NCBI GenBank assembly: GCA_964016885.1
Contig: OZ024744.1
Location: 128,960,001 to 129,024,000, forward strand
Origin: Eledone cirrhosa
Taxonomy: Eukaryota
Direction: 5' to 3'
Length of the DNA stretch: 64,000 bases
A model generated the notes under the pieces. It made no database searches. It saw nothing but the letters and a program-made list of their open reading frames with translations, and had not been told where the DNA came from. Made by a program: the position numbers and the translations under genes. Within the stretch, counting starts at the first letter, position 1, and each line of letters opens with the position of its first letter. Shown in pieces: positions 12,001-24,463 of the stretch.

Positions 12001-15000
12001 GGTTAAGTTAAGTTGGGGTTAATTTAAGTTGGGGTTAATTTAAGTTGGGGTTAAGTTAAGTTGGGGTAACGTTAAGTTGGGGTTAAGTTAAGTTGGGGTT
12101 AAGTTAAGTTGGGGTTAAGTTGGGGTTAAGTTAAGTTAGGGTTAACTTAAGTTGGGGTTGTGTTAAGTGGTGGTTATGTTAAGTGGTGGTTATGTTAAGT
12201 TGGGGTTAAGTTAAGTTGGGGTTAAGTTAAGTTGGGGTTAAGTTAAGTTGGGGTTAAGTTAATTAGGGTTAAGTTAAGTTGGGTTTAAGTTAAGTTGGGG
12301 TTAAGTTAATTTGTGGTTAAGTTAAGTTGGGGTTAAGTTAAGTTGGGGTTAAGTTAAGTTGGGGATAAGTTAAGTTGGGGATAAGTTAAGTTGGGGTTAA
12401 TTAAGTTGGGTTTAAGTTAAGTTGGGGTTAAGTTAAGTCGGGGTTAAGTTAAGTTGGGGTTAAGTTAAGTTGGGGGTAAGATAAGTTGGGGTTAGTTAAG
12501 TTGCGGTTAAGTTAAGTTGGGGTTAAGTTAAGTTGGGGTTAAGTTAAGTTGGGGTTAAGTTAAGTTGGGGTTAATTTAAGTTGGGGTTAATTTAAGTTGG
12601 GGTAAAGTTAAGTTGGGGGTAAGTTAAGTTGGGGTTAAGTTAAGTTGGGGTTAAGTTGGGGTTAAGTTAAGTTAGGGTTAACTTAAGTTGGGGTTGTGTT
12701 AAGTGGTGGTTATGTTAAGTGGTGGTTATGTTAAGTTGGGGTTAAGTTAAGTTGGGGTTAAGTTAAATTGGGGTTAAGTTAAGTTGCGGTTAAGTTAAGT
12801 TGGGGTTAAGTTAAGTTGGGGTTAAGTTAATTAGGGTTAAGTTAAATTGGGGTTAAGTTAAGTTGGGGTTAAGTTAAGTTGGGGTTAAGTTAATTTGTGG
12901 TTAAGTTAAGTTGGGGTTAAGTTAAGTTGGGGTTAAGTTAAGTTGGGGATAAGTTAAGTTGAGGATAAGTTAAGTTGGGGTTAATTAAGTTGGGTTTAAG
13001 TTAAGTTGGGGTTAAGTTAAGTCGGGGTTAAGTTAAGTTGGGGTTAAGTTAAGTTGGTTAGTTAAGTTGAGTTTAAGTTAAGTTGGGGTTAATTTAAGTT
13101 GGGGTTAAGTTAAGTTGGGGTTAAGTTAATTTGGGGTTAAGTTAAGTTGGGGTTCAGTTAAGTTGGGGTTAAGTTAAGTTGGGGTTAAGTTGGGGTAAAA
13201 TTAAGTTGGGGTTAAGCTAAGTTGCGGTTAAGTTAAAATGAGGTTAAGTTAAGTTGGGGTTAAGTTAAGTTGGGGTTAAGTTAAGTTGGGGCTAAGTTAA
13301 GTTGGGGCTAAGTTAAGTTGGGGCTAAGTTAAGTTGGGATTAAGTTAACTTTGGGTTAAGTTAAGTTGGGTTTGAGTTAAGTTGGGGTTAATTAAGTTGG
13401 GGTTAAGTTAAGTTGGGGTTAAGTTAAGTTGGGGTTAAGTTAAGTTGGGGTTAAGTTAAGTTGATGTTAAGTTAAGTTGGGGTTAATTTAAGTTGGGGTT
13501 AAGTTAAGTTGGGGCTAAGTTAAGTTGGGGTTAAGTTAATTAGGGTTAAGTTAAGTTGGGGTTAAGTTAAGTTGGGGTTAAGTTAAGTTGGGGTTAAGTT
13601 AATTTGTGGTTAAGTTAAGTTGGGGTTAAGTTAAGTTGGGGTTAAGTTAAGTTGGGGATAAGTTAAGTTTAGGATAAGTTAAGTTGGGGTTAATTAAGTT
13701 GGGTTTAAGTTAAGTTGGGGTTAAGTTAAGTTGGGGTTAAGTTAAGTTGGGGTTAAGTTAAGTTGGTTAGTTAAGTTGAGTTTAAGTTAAGTTGGGGTTA
13801 AGTTAAGTTGGGGCTAAGTTAAGTTGGGGCTAAGTTAAGTTGGGGCTAAGTTAAGTTGGGGTTAAGTTAACTTTGGGTTAAGTTAAGTTGGGTTTGAGTT
13901 AAGTTGGGGTTAATTAAGTTGGGGTTAAGTTAAGTTGGGGTTAAGTTAAGTTGGGGTTAAGTTAAGTTGATGTTAAGTTAAGTTGGGGTTAATTTAAGTT
14001 GGGGTTAAGTTAAGTTGGGGCTAAGTTAAGTTGGAGCTAAGTTAAGTTGGGGCTAAGTTAAGTTGGGGTTAAGTTAAGTTGGGGTTAAGTTAAGGTGGGG
14101 TTAAGTTAAGTTGGGGTCAACTTAAGTTGGGGTTAAGTTAAGTTGGGGTTAACTTAAGTTGGGGTTAAGTTAAGTTGGGGTTAAGTTAAGTTGGGGTTAC
14201 GTTAAGTTGGGGGTAAGTTAAGTTGGTGGTAAGTTAAGTTGGGGGTAAGTTAAGATGGGGTTAAGTTAGGGTTAAGTTAAGTTAGGGTTAAGTTAATTTG
14301 GGGTTGAGTTAAGTTGGGGTTAAGTTAAGTGGTGGTTATGTTAAGTTGGGGTTAAGTTAAGTTGGGGTTAATTTAAATTGGGGTTAATTTAAATTTGTTG
14401 TTAAGTTAAGTTGGGGTTAATTTAAGTTGGGGTTAAGTTAAGTTGGGGTTGAGTTAAGTTGGGGTTGAGTGAAGTTGGGGTTAAGTTAAGTTGGGGTTAA
14501 GTTAAGTTGGGGTTGAGTTAAGTTGGGGTTAATTTAAGTTGGGGCTAAGTTCATTTGGGGTTCAGTTAAGTTGGGGTTAAATTAAGTTGGGGTTAAGTTA
14601 AGTTGGGGTTAAATTAAGTTGGGGTTAAGTTAAGTTGGGGTTAAGTTAAGTTGGGGTTAAGTTAATTTGGGGTTAAGTGAAGTTAGGGTTAAGTTAAGTT
14701 GGGGTTGAGTTAAGTTGGGGGTAAGTTAAGTTGGGGTTATGTTAAGTTGGGGTTACGTTAAGTTGGGTTTAAGTTAAGTTGGGGTTAAGTTAAGTTGGGG
14801 TTAAGTTAAGTTGGGGTTAATTTAAGTTGGGGTTAAGTTAAGTTGGGATTAATTTAAGTTGGGGTTAAGTTAAGTTGGGGTTAAGTTAAGTTGGGGTTAA
14901 ATTAAGTTGGGGTTAAGTTAAGTTGGGGTTAAGTTAAGTTGGGGTTAAGTTAATTTGGGGTTAAGTTAAGTTAGGGTAAAGTTAAGTTGGGGTTGAGTTA

Positions 15001-18000
15001 AGTTGGGGTAAGTTAAGTTGGGGTTAAGTTAAGTTGGGGTTAAGTTAAGTTGGGGTTAAGTTAAGTTAGGCTTAACTTAAGTTGGGGTTAAGTTAAGTTG
15101 GGGGTGAGTTAAGTTGGGGGTAAGTTAAGTTGGGGTTAAGTTAAGTTGGGGTTAAGTTGGGGTTAAGTTAAGTTAGGGTTAAGTTAATTTGGGGTTGAGT
15201 TAAGTTGGGGTTAAGTTAAGTGGTGGTTATGTTAAGTTGGGGTTAAGTTAAGTTGGGGTTAATTTAAATTGGGGTTAATTTAAATTTGTTGTTAAGTTAA
15301 GTTGGGGTTAATTTAAGTTGGGGTTAAGTTAAGTTGGGGTTGAGTTAAGTTGTGGTTGAGTGAAGTTGGGGTTAAGTTAAGTTGGGGTTAAATTAAGTTG
15401 GGGTTAAGTTAAGTTGGGGTTGAGTTAAGTTGGGGTTAATTTAAGTTGGGGCTAAGTTAATTTGGGGTTAAGTTAAGTTGGGGTTAAATTAAGTTGGGGT
15501 TAAGTTAAGTTGGGGTTAAGTTAAGTTGGGGTTAAGTTAATTTGGGGTTAAGTGAAGTTAGGGTTAAGTTAAGTTGGGGCTGAGTTAAGTTGGGGGTAAG
15601 TTAAGTTGGGGTTATGTTAAGTTGGGGTTAAGTTAAGTTGGGGTTAAGTTAAGTTGGGGTTCAGTTAAGTTGCCGTTAAGTTAAGTTGGGGTTAAGTTAA
15701 GTTGGGGTTAAGTTAAGTTGGGGTTAATTTAAGTTGGGGTTAAGTTAAGTTGGGGTTAAGTTAATTTGTGGTTAAGTTAAGTTGGGGTTAAGTTAAGTTT
15801 GGGTTAAATTCAGTCGGGGTTAAGTTAAGTCGGGGTTAAGTTACGTTGGGGTTAAGTTAAGTTGGGGTTAAGTTAAGTTGGGGTTGAGTTAAGTTGGGGT
15901 TAAGTTAAGTTGGGGTTAAGTTAAGTTGGGGTTAAGTTAAGTTGGGGTTAAGTTAAGTTGGGGTTAAGTTAAGTTGGGGTTAATTTAAGTTGGGGTTAAT
16001 TTAAGTTGGGGTTAAGTTAAGTTGGGGTAACGTTAAGTTGGGGTTAAGTTAAGTTGGGGTTAAGTTAAGTTGGGGTTAAGTTGGGGTTAAGTTAAGTTAG
16101 GGTTAACTTAAGTTGGGGTTGTGTTAAGTGGTGGTTATGTTAAGTGGTGGTTATGTTAAGTTGGGGTTAAGTTAAGTTGGGGTTAAGTTAAGTTGGGGTT
16201 AAGTTAAGTTGGGGTTAAGTTAATTAGGGTTAAGTTAAGTTGGGTTTAAGTTAAGTTGGGGTTAAGTTAATTTGTGGTTAAGTTAAGTTGGGGTTAAGTT
16301 AAGTTGGGGTTAAGTTAAGTTGGGGATAAGTTAAGTTGGGGATAAGTTAAGTTGGGGTTAATTAAGTTGGGTTTAAGTTAAGTTGGGGTTAAGTTAAGTC
16401 GGGGTTAAGTTAAGTTGGGGTTAAGTTAAGTTGGGGGTAAGATAAGTTGGGGTTAGTTAAGTTGCGGTTAAGTTAAGTTGGGGTTAAGTTAAGTTGGGGT
16501 TAAGTTAAGTTGGGGTTAAGTTAAGTTGGGGTTAATTTAAGTTGGGGTTAATTTAAGTTGGGGTAAAGTTAAGTTGGGGGTAAGTTAAGTTGGGGTTAAG
16601 TTAAGTTGGGGTTAAGTTGGGGTTAAGTTAAGTTAGGGTTAACTTAAGTTGGGGTTGTGTTAAGTGGTGGTTATGTTAAGTGGTGGTTATGTTAAGTTGG
16701 GGTTAAGTTAAGTTGGGGTTAAGTTAAATTGGGGTTAAGTTAAGTTGCGGTTAAGTTAAGTTGGTGTTAAGTTAAGTTGGGGTTAAGTTAATTAGGGTTA
16801 AGTTAAATTGGGGTTAAGTTAAGTTGGGGTTAAGTTAAGTTGGGGTTAAGTTAATTTGTGGTTAAGTTAAGTTGGGGTTAAGTTAAGTTGGGGTTAAGTT
16901 AAGTTGGGGATAAGTTAAGTTGAGGATAAGTTAAGTTGGGGTTAATTAAGTTGGGTTTAAGTTAAGTTGGGGTTAAGTTAAGTTGGGGTTAAGTTAAGTT
17001 GGGGTTAAGTTAAGTTGGTTAGTTAAGTTGAGTTTAAGTTAAGTTGGGGTTAATTTAAGTTGGGGTTAAGTTAAGTTGGGGTTAAGTTAATTTGGGGTTA
17101 AGTTAAGTTGGGGTTCAGTTAAGTTGGGGTTAAGTTAAGTTGGGGTTAAGTTGGGGTAAAATTAAGTTGGGGTTAAGCTAAGTTGCGGTTAAGTTAAAAT
17201 GAGGTTAAGTTAAGTTGGGGTTAAGTTAAGTTGGGGTTAAGTTAAGTTGGGGCTAAGTTAAGTTGGGGCTAAGTTAAGTTGGGGCTAAGTTAAGTTGGGA
17301 TTAAGTTAACTTTGGGTTAAGTTAAGTTGGGTTTGAGTTAAGTTGGGGTTAATTAAGTTGGGGTTAAGTTAAGTTGGGGTTAAGTTAAATTGGGGTTAAG
17401 TTAAGTTGGGGTTAAGTTAAGTTGATGTTAAGTTAAGTTGGGGTTAATTTAAGTTGGGGTTAAGTTAAGTTGGGGCTAAGTTAAGTTGGGGTTAAGTTAA
17501 TTAGGGTTAAGTTAAGTTGGGGTTAAGTTAAGTTGGGGTTAAGTTAAGTTGGGGTTAAGTTAATTTGTGGTTAAGTTAAGTTGGGGTTAAGTTAAGTTGG
17601 GGTTAAGTTAAGTTGGGGATAAGTTAAGTTTAGGATAAGTTAAGTTGGGGTTAATTAAGTTGGGTTTAAGTTAAGTTGGGGTTAAGTTAAGTTGGGGTTA
17701 AGTTAAGTTGGGGTTAAGTTAAGTTGGTTAGTTAAGTTGAGTTTAAGTTAAGTTGGGGTTAATTTAAGTTGGGGTTAAGTTAAGTTGGGGTTAAGTTAAT
17801 TTGGGGTTAAGTTAAGTTGGGGTTCAGTTAAGTTGGGGTTAAGTTAAGTTGGGGTTAAGTTGGGGTAAAATTAAGTTGGGGTTAAGTTAAGTTGCGGTTA
17901 AGTTAAAATGAGGTTAAGTTAAGTTGGGGTTAAGTTAAGTTGGGGTTAAGTTAAGTTGGGGCTAAGTTAAGTTGGGGCTAAGTTAAGTTGGGCTAAGTTA

Positions 18001-21000
18001 AGTTGGGGTTAAGTTAACTTTGGGTTAAGTTAAGTTGGGTTTGAGTTAAGTTGGGGTTAATTAAGTTGGGGTTAAGTTAAGTTGGGGTTAAGTTAAGTTG
18101 GGGTTAAGTTAAGTTGGGGTTAAGTTAAGTTGATGTTAAGTTAAGTTGGGGTTAATTTAAGTTGGGGTTAAGTTAAGTTGGGGCTAAGTTAAGTTGGAGC
18201 TAAGTTAAGTTGGGGCTAAGTTAAGTTGGGGTTAAGTTAAGTTGGGGTTAAGTTAAGGTGGGGTTAAGTTAAGTTGGGGTCAACTTAAGTTGGGGTTAAG
18301 TTAAGTTGGGGTTAACTTAAGTTGGGGTTAAGTTAAGTTGGGGTTAAGTTAAGTTGGGGTTAAGTTAAGTTGGGGTTACGTTAAGTTGGGGGTAAGTTAA
18401 GTTGGTGGTAAGTTAAGTTGGGGGTAAGTTAAGATGGGGTTAAGTTAGGGTTAAGTTAAGTTAGGGTTAAGTTAAGTTGGGGGTAAGATAAGTTGGGGTT
18501 AGTTAAGTTGGGGTTCAGTTAAGTTGGGGTTAAGTTAAGTTAGGCTTAACTTAAGTTGGGGTTAAGTTAAGTTGGGGGTGAGTTAAGTTGGGGGTAAGTT
18601 AAGTTGGGGTTAAGTTAAGTTGGGGTTAAGTTGGGGTTAAGTTAATTTAGGGTTAAGTTAAGTTGGGGTTGAGTTAAGTTGGGGTTAAGTTAAGTGGTGG
18701 TTATGTTAAGTTGGGGTTAAGTTAAGTTGGGGTTAATTTAAATTGGGGTTAATTTAACTTTGTGGTTAAGTTAATTTGGGGTTAATTTAAGTTGGGGTTA
18801 AGTTAAGTTGGGGTTAATTTAATTTGTGGTTAAGTTAAGTTGGGGTTAAGTTAAGTTGGCGTTGAGTTAAGCTGGGGTTAAGTTAAGTTGGGGTTAAAAT
18901 AAGTTGGGGTTAAGTTAAGTTGGGGTTGGGTTAAGTTGGGGTTGAGTTAATTTGGGGTTAAGTTAAGTTGGGGTTAACTTAAGTTGGTTTTAATTTAAGT
19001 TGGGGTTAAGTTAAGTTGGGGTTATAATTAAGTTGGGGTTAAGTTAAGTTGGGGGTAAGATAAGTTGGGGTTAGTTAAGTTGCGGTTAAGTTAAGTTGGG
19101 GTTAAGTTAAGTTGGGGTTAAGTTAAGTTGGGGTTAAGTTAAGTTGGGGTTAATTTAAGTTGGGGTTAATTTAAGTTGGGGTAAAGTTAAGTTGGGGGTA
19201 AGTTAAGTTGGGGTTAAGTTAAGTTGGGGTTAAGTTGGGGTTAAGTTAAGTTAGGGTTAACTTAAGTTGGGGTTGTGTTAAGTGGTGGTTATGTTAAGTG
19301 GTGGTTATGTTAAGTTGGGGTTAAGTTAAGTTGGGGTTAAGTTAAATTGGGGTTAAGTTAAGTTGCGGTTAAGTTAAGTTGGGGTTAAGTTAAGTTGGGG
19401 TTAAGTTAATTAGGGTTAAGTTAAGTTGGGGTTAAGTTAAGTTGGGGTTAAGTTAAGTTGGGGTTAAGTTAATTTGTGGTTAAGTTAAGTTGGGGTTAAG
19501 TTAAGTTGGGGTTAAGTTAAGTTGGGGATAAGTTAAGTTGAGGATAAGTTAAGTTGGGGTTAATTAAGTTGGGTTTAAGTTAAGTTGGGGTTAAGTTAAG
19601 TTGGGGTTAAGTTAAGTTGGGGTTAAGTTAAGTTGGTTAGTTAAGTTGAGTTTAAGTTAAGTTGGGGTTAATTTAAGTTGGGGTTAAGTTAAGTTGGGGT
19701 TAAGTTAATTTGGGGTTAAGTTAAGTTGGGGTTCAGTTAAGTTGGGGTTCAGTTAAGTTGGGGTTAAGTTGGGGTAAAATTAAGTTGGGGTTAAGTTAAG
19801 TTGCGGTTAAGTTAAAATGAGGTTAAGTTAAGTTGGGGTTAAGTTAAGTTGGGGTTAAGTTAAGTTGGGGCTAAGTTAAGTTGGGGCTAAGTTAAGTTGG
19901 GGCTAAGTTAAGTTGGGATTAAGTTAACTTTGGGTTAAGTTAAGTTGGGTTTGAGTTAAGTTGGGGTTAATTAAGTTGGGGTTAAGTTAAGTTGGGGTTA
20001 AGTTAAGTTGGGGTTAAGTTAAGTTGGGGTTAAGTTAAGTTGATGTTAAGTTAAGTTGGGGTTAATTTAAGTTGGGGTTAAGTTAAGTTGGGGCTAAGTT
20101 AAGTTGGGGTTAAGTTAATTAGGGTTAAGTTAAGTTGGGGTTAAGTTAATTTGGGGTTAAGTTAAGTTGGGGTTAAGTTAATTTGTGGTTAAGTTAAGTT
20201 GGGGTTAAGTTAAGTTGGGGTTAAGTTAAGTTGGGGATAAGTTAAGTTGAGGATAAGTTAAGTTGGGGTTAATTAAGTTGGGTTTAAGTTAAGTTGGGGT
20301 TAAGTTAAGTTGGGGTTAAGTTAAGTTGGGGTTAAGTTAAGTTGGTTAGTTAAGTTGAGTTTAAGTTAAGTTGGGGTTAATTTAAGTTGGGGTTAAGTTA
20401 AGTTGGGGTTAAGTTAATTTGGGGTTAAGTTAAGTTGGGGTTCAGTTAAGTTGGGGTTGAGTTAAGTTGGGGTTAAGTTGGGGTAAAATTAAGTTGGGGT
20501 TAAGTTAAGTTGCGGTTAAGTTAAAATGAGGTTAAGTTAAGTTGGGGTTAAGTTAAGTTGGGGTTAAGTTAAGTTGGGGCTAAGTTAAGTTGGGGCTAAG
20601 TTAAGTTGGGGCTAAGTTAAGTTGGGGTTAAGTTAACTTTGGGTTAAGTTAGGTTGGGTTTGAGTTAAGTTGGGGTTAATTAAGTTGGGGTTAAGTTAAG
20701 TTGGGGTTAAGTTAAGTTGGGGTTAAGTTAAGTTGGGGTTAAGTTAAGTTGATGTTAAGTTAAGTTGGGGTTAATTTAAGTTGGGGTTAAGTTAAGTTGG
20801 GGCTAAGTTAAGTTGGAGCTAAGTTAAGTTGGGGCTAAGTTAAGTTGGGGTTAAGTTAAGTTGGGGTTAAGTTAAGGTGGGGTTAAGTTAAGTTGGGGTC
20901 AACTTAAGTTGGGGTTAAGTTAAGTTGGGGTTAACTTAAGTTGGGGTTAAGTTAAGTTGGGGTTAAGTTAAGTTGGGGTTAAGTTAAGTTGGGGTTACGT

Positions 21001-24000
21001 TAAGTTGGGGGTAAGTTAAGTTGGTGGTAAGTTAAGTTGGGGGTAAGTTAAGATGGGGTTAAGTTAGGGTTAAGTTAAGTTAGGGTTAAGTTAATTTGGG
21101 GTTGAGTTAAGTTGGGGTTAAGTTAAGTGGTGGTTATGTTAAGTTGGGGTTAAGTTAAGTTGGGGTTAATTTAAATTGGGGTTAATTTAAATTTGTTGTT
21201 AAGTTAAGTTGGGGTTAATTTAAGTTGGGGTTAAGTTAAGTTGGGGTTGAGTTAAGTTGGGGTTGAGTGAAGTTGGGGTTAAGTTAAGTTGGGGTTAAGT
21301 TAAGTTGGGGTTGAGTTAAGTTGGGGTTAATTTAAGTTGGGGCTAAGTTCATTTGGGGTTCAGTTAAGTTGGGGTTAAATTAAGTTGGGGTTAAGTTAAG
21401 TTGGGGTTAAATTAAGTTGGGGTTAAGTTAAGTTGGGGTTAAGTTAAGTTGGGGTTAAGTTAATTTGGGGTTAAGTGAAGTTAGGGTTAAGTTAAGTTGG
21501 GGTTGAGTTAAGTTGGGGGTAAGTTAAGTTGGGGTTATGTTAAGTTGGGGTTACGTTAAGTTGGGTTTAAGTTAAGTTGGGGTTAAGTTAAGTTGGGGTT
21601 AAGTTAAGTTGGGGTTAATTTAAGTTGGGGTTAAGTTAAGTTGGGATTAATATAAGTTGGGGTTAAGTTAAGTTGGGGTTAAGTTAAGTTGGGGTTAAAT
21701 TAAGTTGGGGTTAAGTTAAGTTAGGGTAAAGTTAAGTTGGGGTTGAGTTAAGTTGGGGTAAGTTAAGTTGGGGTTAAGTTAAGTTGGGGTTAAGTTAAGT
21801 TGGGGTTAAGTTAAGTTAGGCTTAACTTAAGTTGGGGTTAAGTTAAGTTGGGGGTGAGTTAAGTTGGGGGTAAGTTAAGTTGGGGTTAAGTTAAGTTGGG
21901 GTTAAGTTGGGGTTAAGTTAAGTTAGGGTTAAGTTAATTTGGGGTTGAGTTAAGTTGGGGTTAAGTTAAGTGGTGGTTATGTTAAGTTGGGGTTAAGTTA
22001 AGTTGGGGTTAATTTAAATTGGGGTTAATTTAAATTTGTTGTTAAGTTAAGTTGGGGTTAATTTAAGTTGGGGTTAAGTTAAGTTGGGGTTGAGTTAAGT
22101 TGTGGTTGAGTGAAGTTGGGGTTAAGTTAAGTTGGGGTTAAATTAAGTTGGGGTTAAGTTAAGTTTGGGTTGAGTTAAGTTGGGGTTAATTTAAGTTGGG
22201 GCTAAGTTAATTTGGGGTTAAGTTAAGTTGGGGTTAAATTAAGTTGGGGTTAAGTTAAGTTGGGGTTAAGTTAAGTTGGGGTTAAGTTAATTTGGGGTTA
22301 AGTGAAGTTAGGGTTAAGTTAAGTTGGGGCTGAGTTAAGTTGGGGGTAAGTTAAGTTGGGGTTATGTTAAGTTGGGGTTAAGTTAAGTTGGGGTTAAGTT
22401 AAGTTGGGGTTCAGTTAAGTTGCGGTTAAGTTAAGTTGGGGTTAAGTTAAGTTGGGGTTAAGTTAAGTTGGGGTTAATTTAAGTTGGGGTTAAGTTAAGT
22501 TGGGGTTAAGTTAATTTGTGGTTAAGTTAAGTTGGGGTTAAGTTAAGTTGGGGTTAAATTCAGTCGGGGTTAAGTTAAGTCGGGGTTAAGTTACGTTGGG
22601 GTTAAGTTAAGTTGGGGTTAAGTTAAGTTGGGGTTGAGTTAAGTTGGGGTTAAGTTAAGTTGGGGTTAAGTTAAGTTGGGGTTAAGTTAAGTTGGGGTTA
22701 AGTTAAGTTGGGGTTAATTTAAGTTGGGGTTAAGTTAAGTTGGGGTTAATTTAAGTTGGGGTTAAGTTAAGTTGGGGTTAAGTTAAGTTGGGGTAACGTT
22801 AAGTTGGGGGTAAGTTAAGTTGGGGTTAAGTTAAGTTGGGGTTAAGTTGGGGTTAAGTTAAGTTAGGGTTAACTTAAGTTGGGGTTGTGTTAAGTGGTGG
22901 TTATGTTAAGTGGTGGTTATGTTAAGTTGGGGTTAAGTTAAGTTGGGGTTAAGTTAAGTTGGGGTTAAGTTAAGTTGGGGTTAAGTTAATTAGGGTTAAG
23001 TTAAGTTGGGTTTAAGTTAAGTTGGGGTTAAGTTAATTTGTGGTTAAGTTAAGTTGGGGTTAAGTTAAGTTGGGGTTAAGTTAAGTTGGGGATAAGTTAA
23101 GTTGGGGATAAGTTAAGTTGGGGTTAATTAAGTTGGGTTTAAGTTAAGTTGGGGTTAAGTTAAGTCGGGGTTAAGTTAAGTTGGGGTTAAGTTAAGTTGG
23201 GGGTAAGATAAGTTGGGGTTAGTTAAGTTGCGGTTAAGTTAAGTTGGGGCTAAGTTAAGTTGGGGTTAAGTTAAGTTGGGGTTAAGTTAAGTTGGGGTTA
23301 ATTTAAGTTGGGGTTAATTTAAGTTGGGGTAAAGTTAAGTTGGGGGTAAGTTAAGTTGGGGTTAAGTTAAGTTGGGGTTAAGTTGGGGTTAAGTTAAGTT
23401 AGGTTTAACTTAAGTTGGGGTTGTGTTAAGTGGTGGTTATGTTAAGTGGTGGTTATGTTAAGTTGGGGTTAAGTTAAGTTGGGGTTAAGTTAAATTGGGG
23501 TTAAGTTAAGTTGCGGTTAAGTTAAGTTGGGGTTAAGTTAAGTTGGGGTTAAGTTAATTAGGGTTAAGTTAAGTTGGGGTTAAGTTAAGTTGGGGTTAAG
23601 TTAAGTTGGGGTTAAGTTAATTTGTGGTTAAGTTAAGTTGGGGTTAAGTTAAGTTGGGGTTAAGTTAAGTTGGGGATAAGTTAAGTTGAGGATAAGTTAA
23701 GTTGGGGTTAATGAAGTTGGGTTTAAGTTAAGTTGGGGTTAAGTTAAGTTGGGGTTAAGTTAAGTTGGGGTTAAGTTAAGTTGGTTAGTTAAGTTGAGTT
23801 TAAGTTAAGTTGGGGTTAATTTAAGTTGGGGTTAAGTTAAGTTGGGGTTAAGTTAATTTGGGGTTAAGTTAAGTTGGGGTTCAGTTAAGTTGGGGTTCAG
23901 TTAAGTTGGGGTTAAGTTGGGGTAAAATTAAGTTGGGGTTAAGTTAAGTTGCGGTTAAGTTAAAATGAGGTTAAGTTAAGTTGGGGTTAAGTTAAGTTGG

Positions 24001-24463
24001 GGTTAAGTTAAGTTGGGGCTAAGTTAAGTTGGGGCTAAGTTAAGTTGGGGCTAAGTTAAGTTGGGATTAAGTTAACTTTGGGTTAAGTTAAGTTGGGTTT
24101 GAGTTAAGTTGGGGTTAATTAAGTTGGGGTTAAGTTAAGTTGGGGTTAATTTAAGTTGGGGTTAAGTTAAGTTGGGGTTAAGTTAAGTTGATGTTAAGTT
24201 AAGTTGGGGTTAATTTAAGTTGGGGTTAAGTTAAGTTGGGGCTAAGTTAAGTTGGGGTTAAGTTAATTAGGGTTAAGTTAAGTTGGGGTTAAGTTAAGTT
24301 GGGGTTAAGTTAAGTTGGGGTTAAGTTAATTTGTGGTTAAGTTAAGTTGGGGTTAAGTTAAGTTGGGGTTAAGTTAAGTTGGGGATAAGTTAAGTTGAGG
24401 ATAAGTTAAGTTGGGGTTAATTAAGTTGGGTTTAAGTTAAGTTGGGGTTAAGTTAAGTTGGGG
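1..24463 (+). repeat. Large duplication, offset ~13.88 kb (1-~10583 matches ~13879-~24463)
   Basis: TGATG markers pair as 90/13969, 3545/17424, 6162/20042, 6871/20751 and 10310/24190. Private variants also pair: GGCGTTGAG ~4979/~18858, TTAGGTTGGG ~6770/~20650, AATATAAG ~7770/~21650, AGGTTTAACT 9521/23401. Confidence 0.93.
154..4317 (+). repeat. Representative full-length higher-order repeat (HOR) unit, ~4.16 kb (about 260 monomers)
   Basis: The marker GGAGCT occurs at 154, 4318, 6935, 14033, 18196, 20815, 24947, 28068, 32648, 34942, 39538, 42034, 44717, 48880, 51376, 55571, 58395 and 63482. Spacings of 4164, 4163, 4132, 4163 and 4195 carry the same ordered series of variants. Confidence 0.9.
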
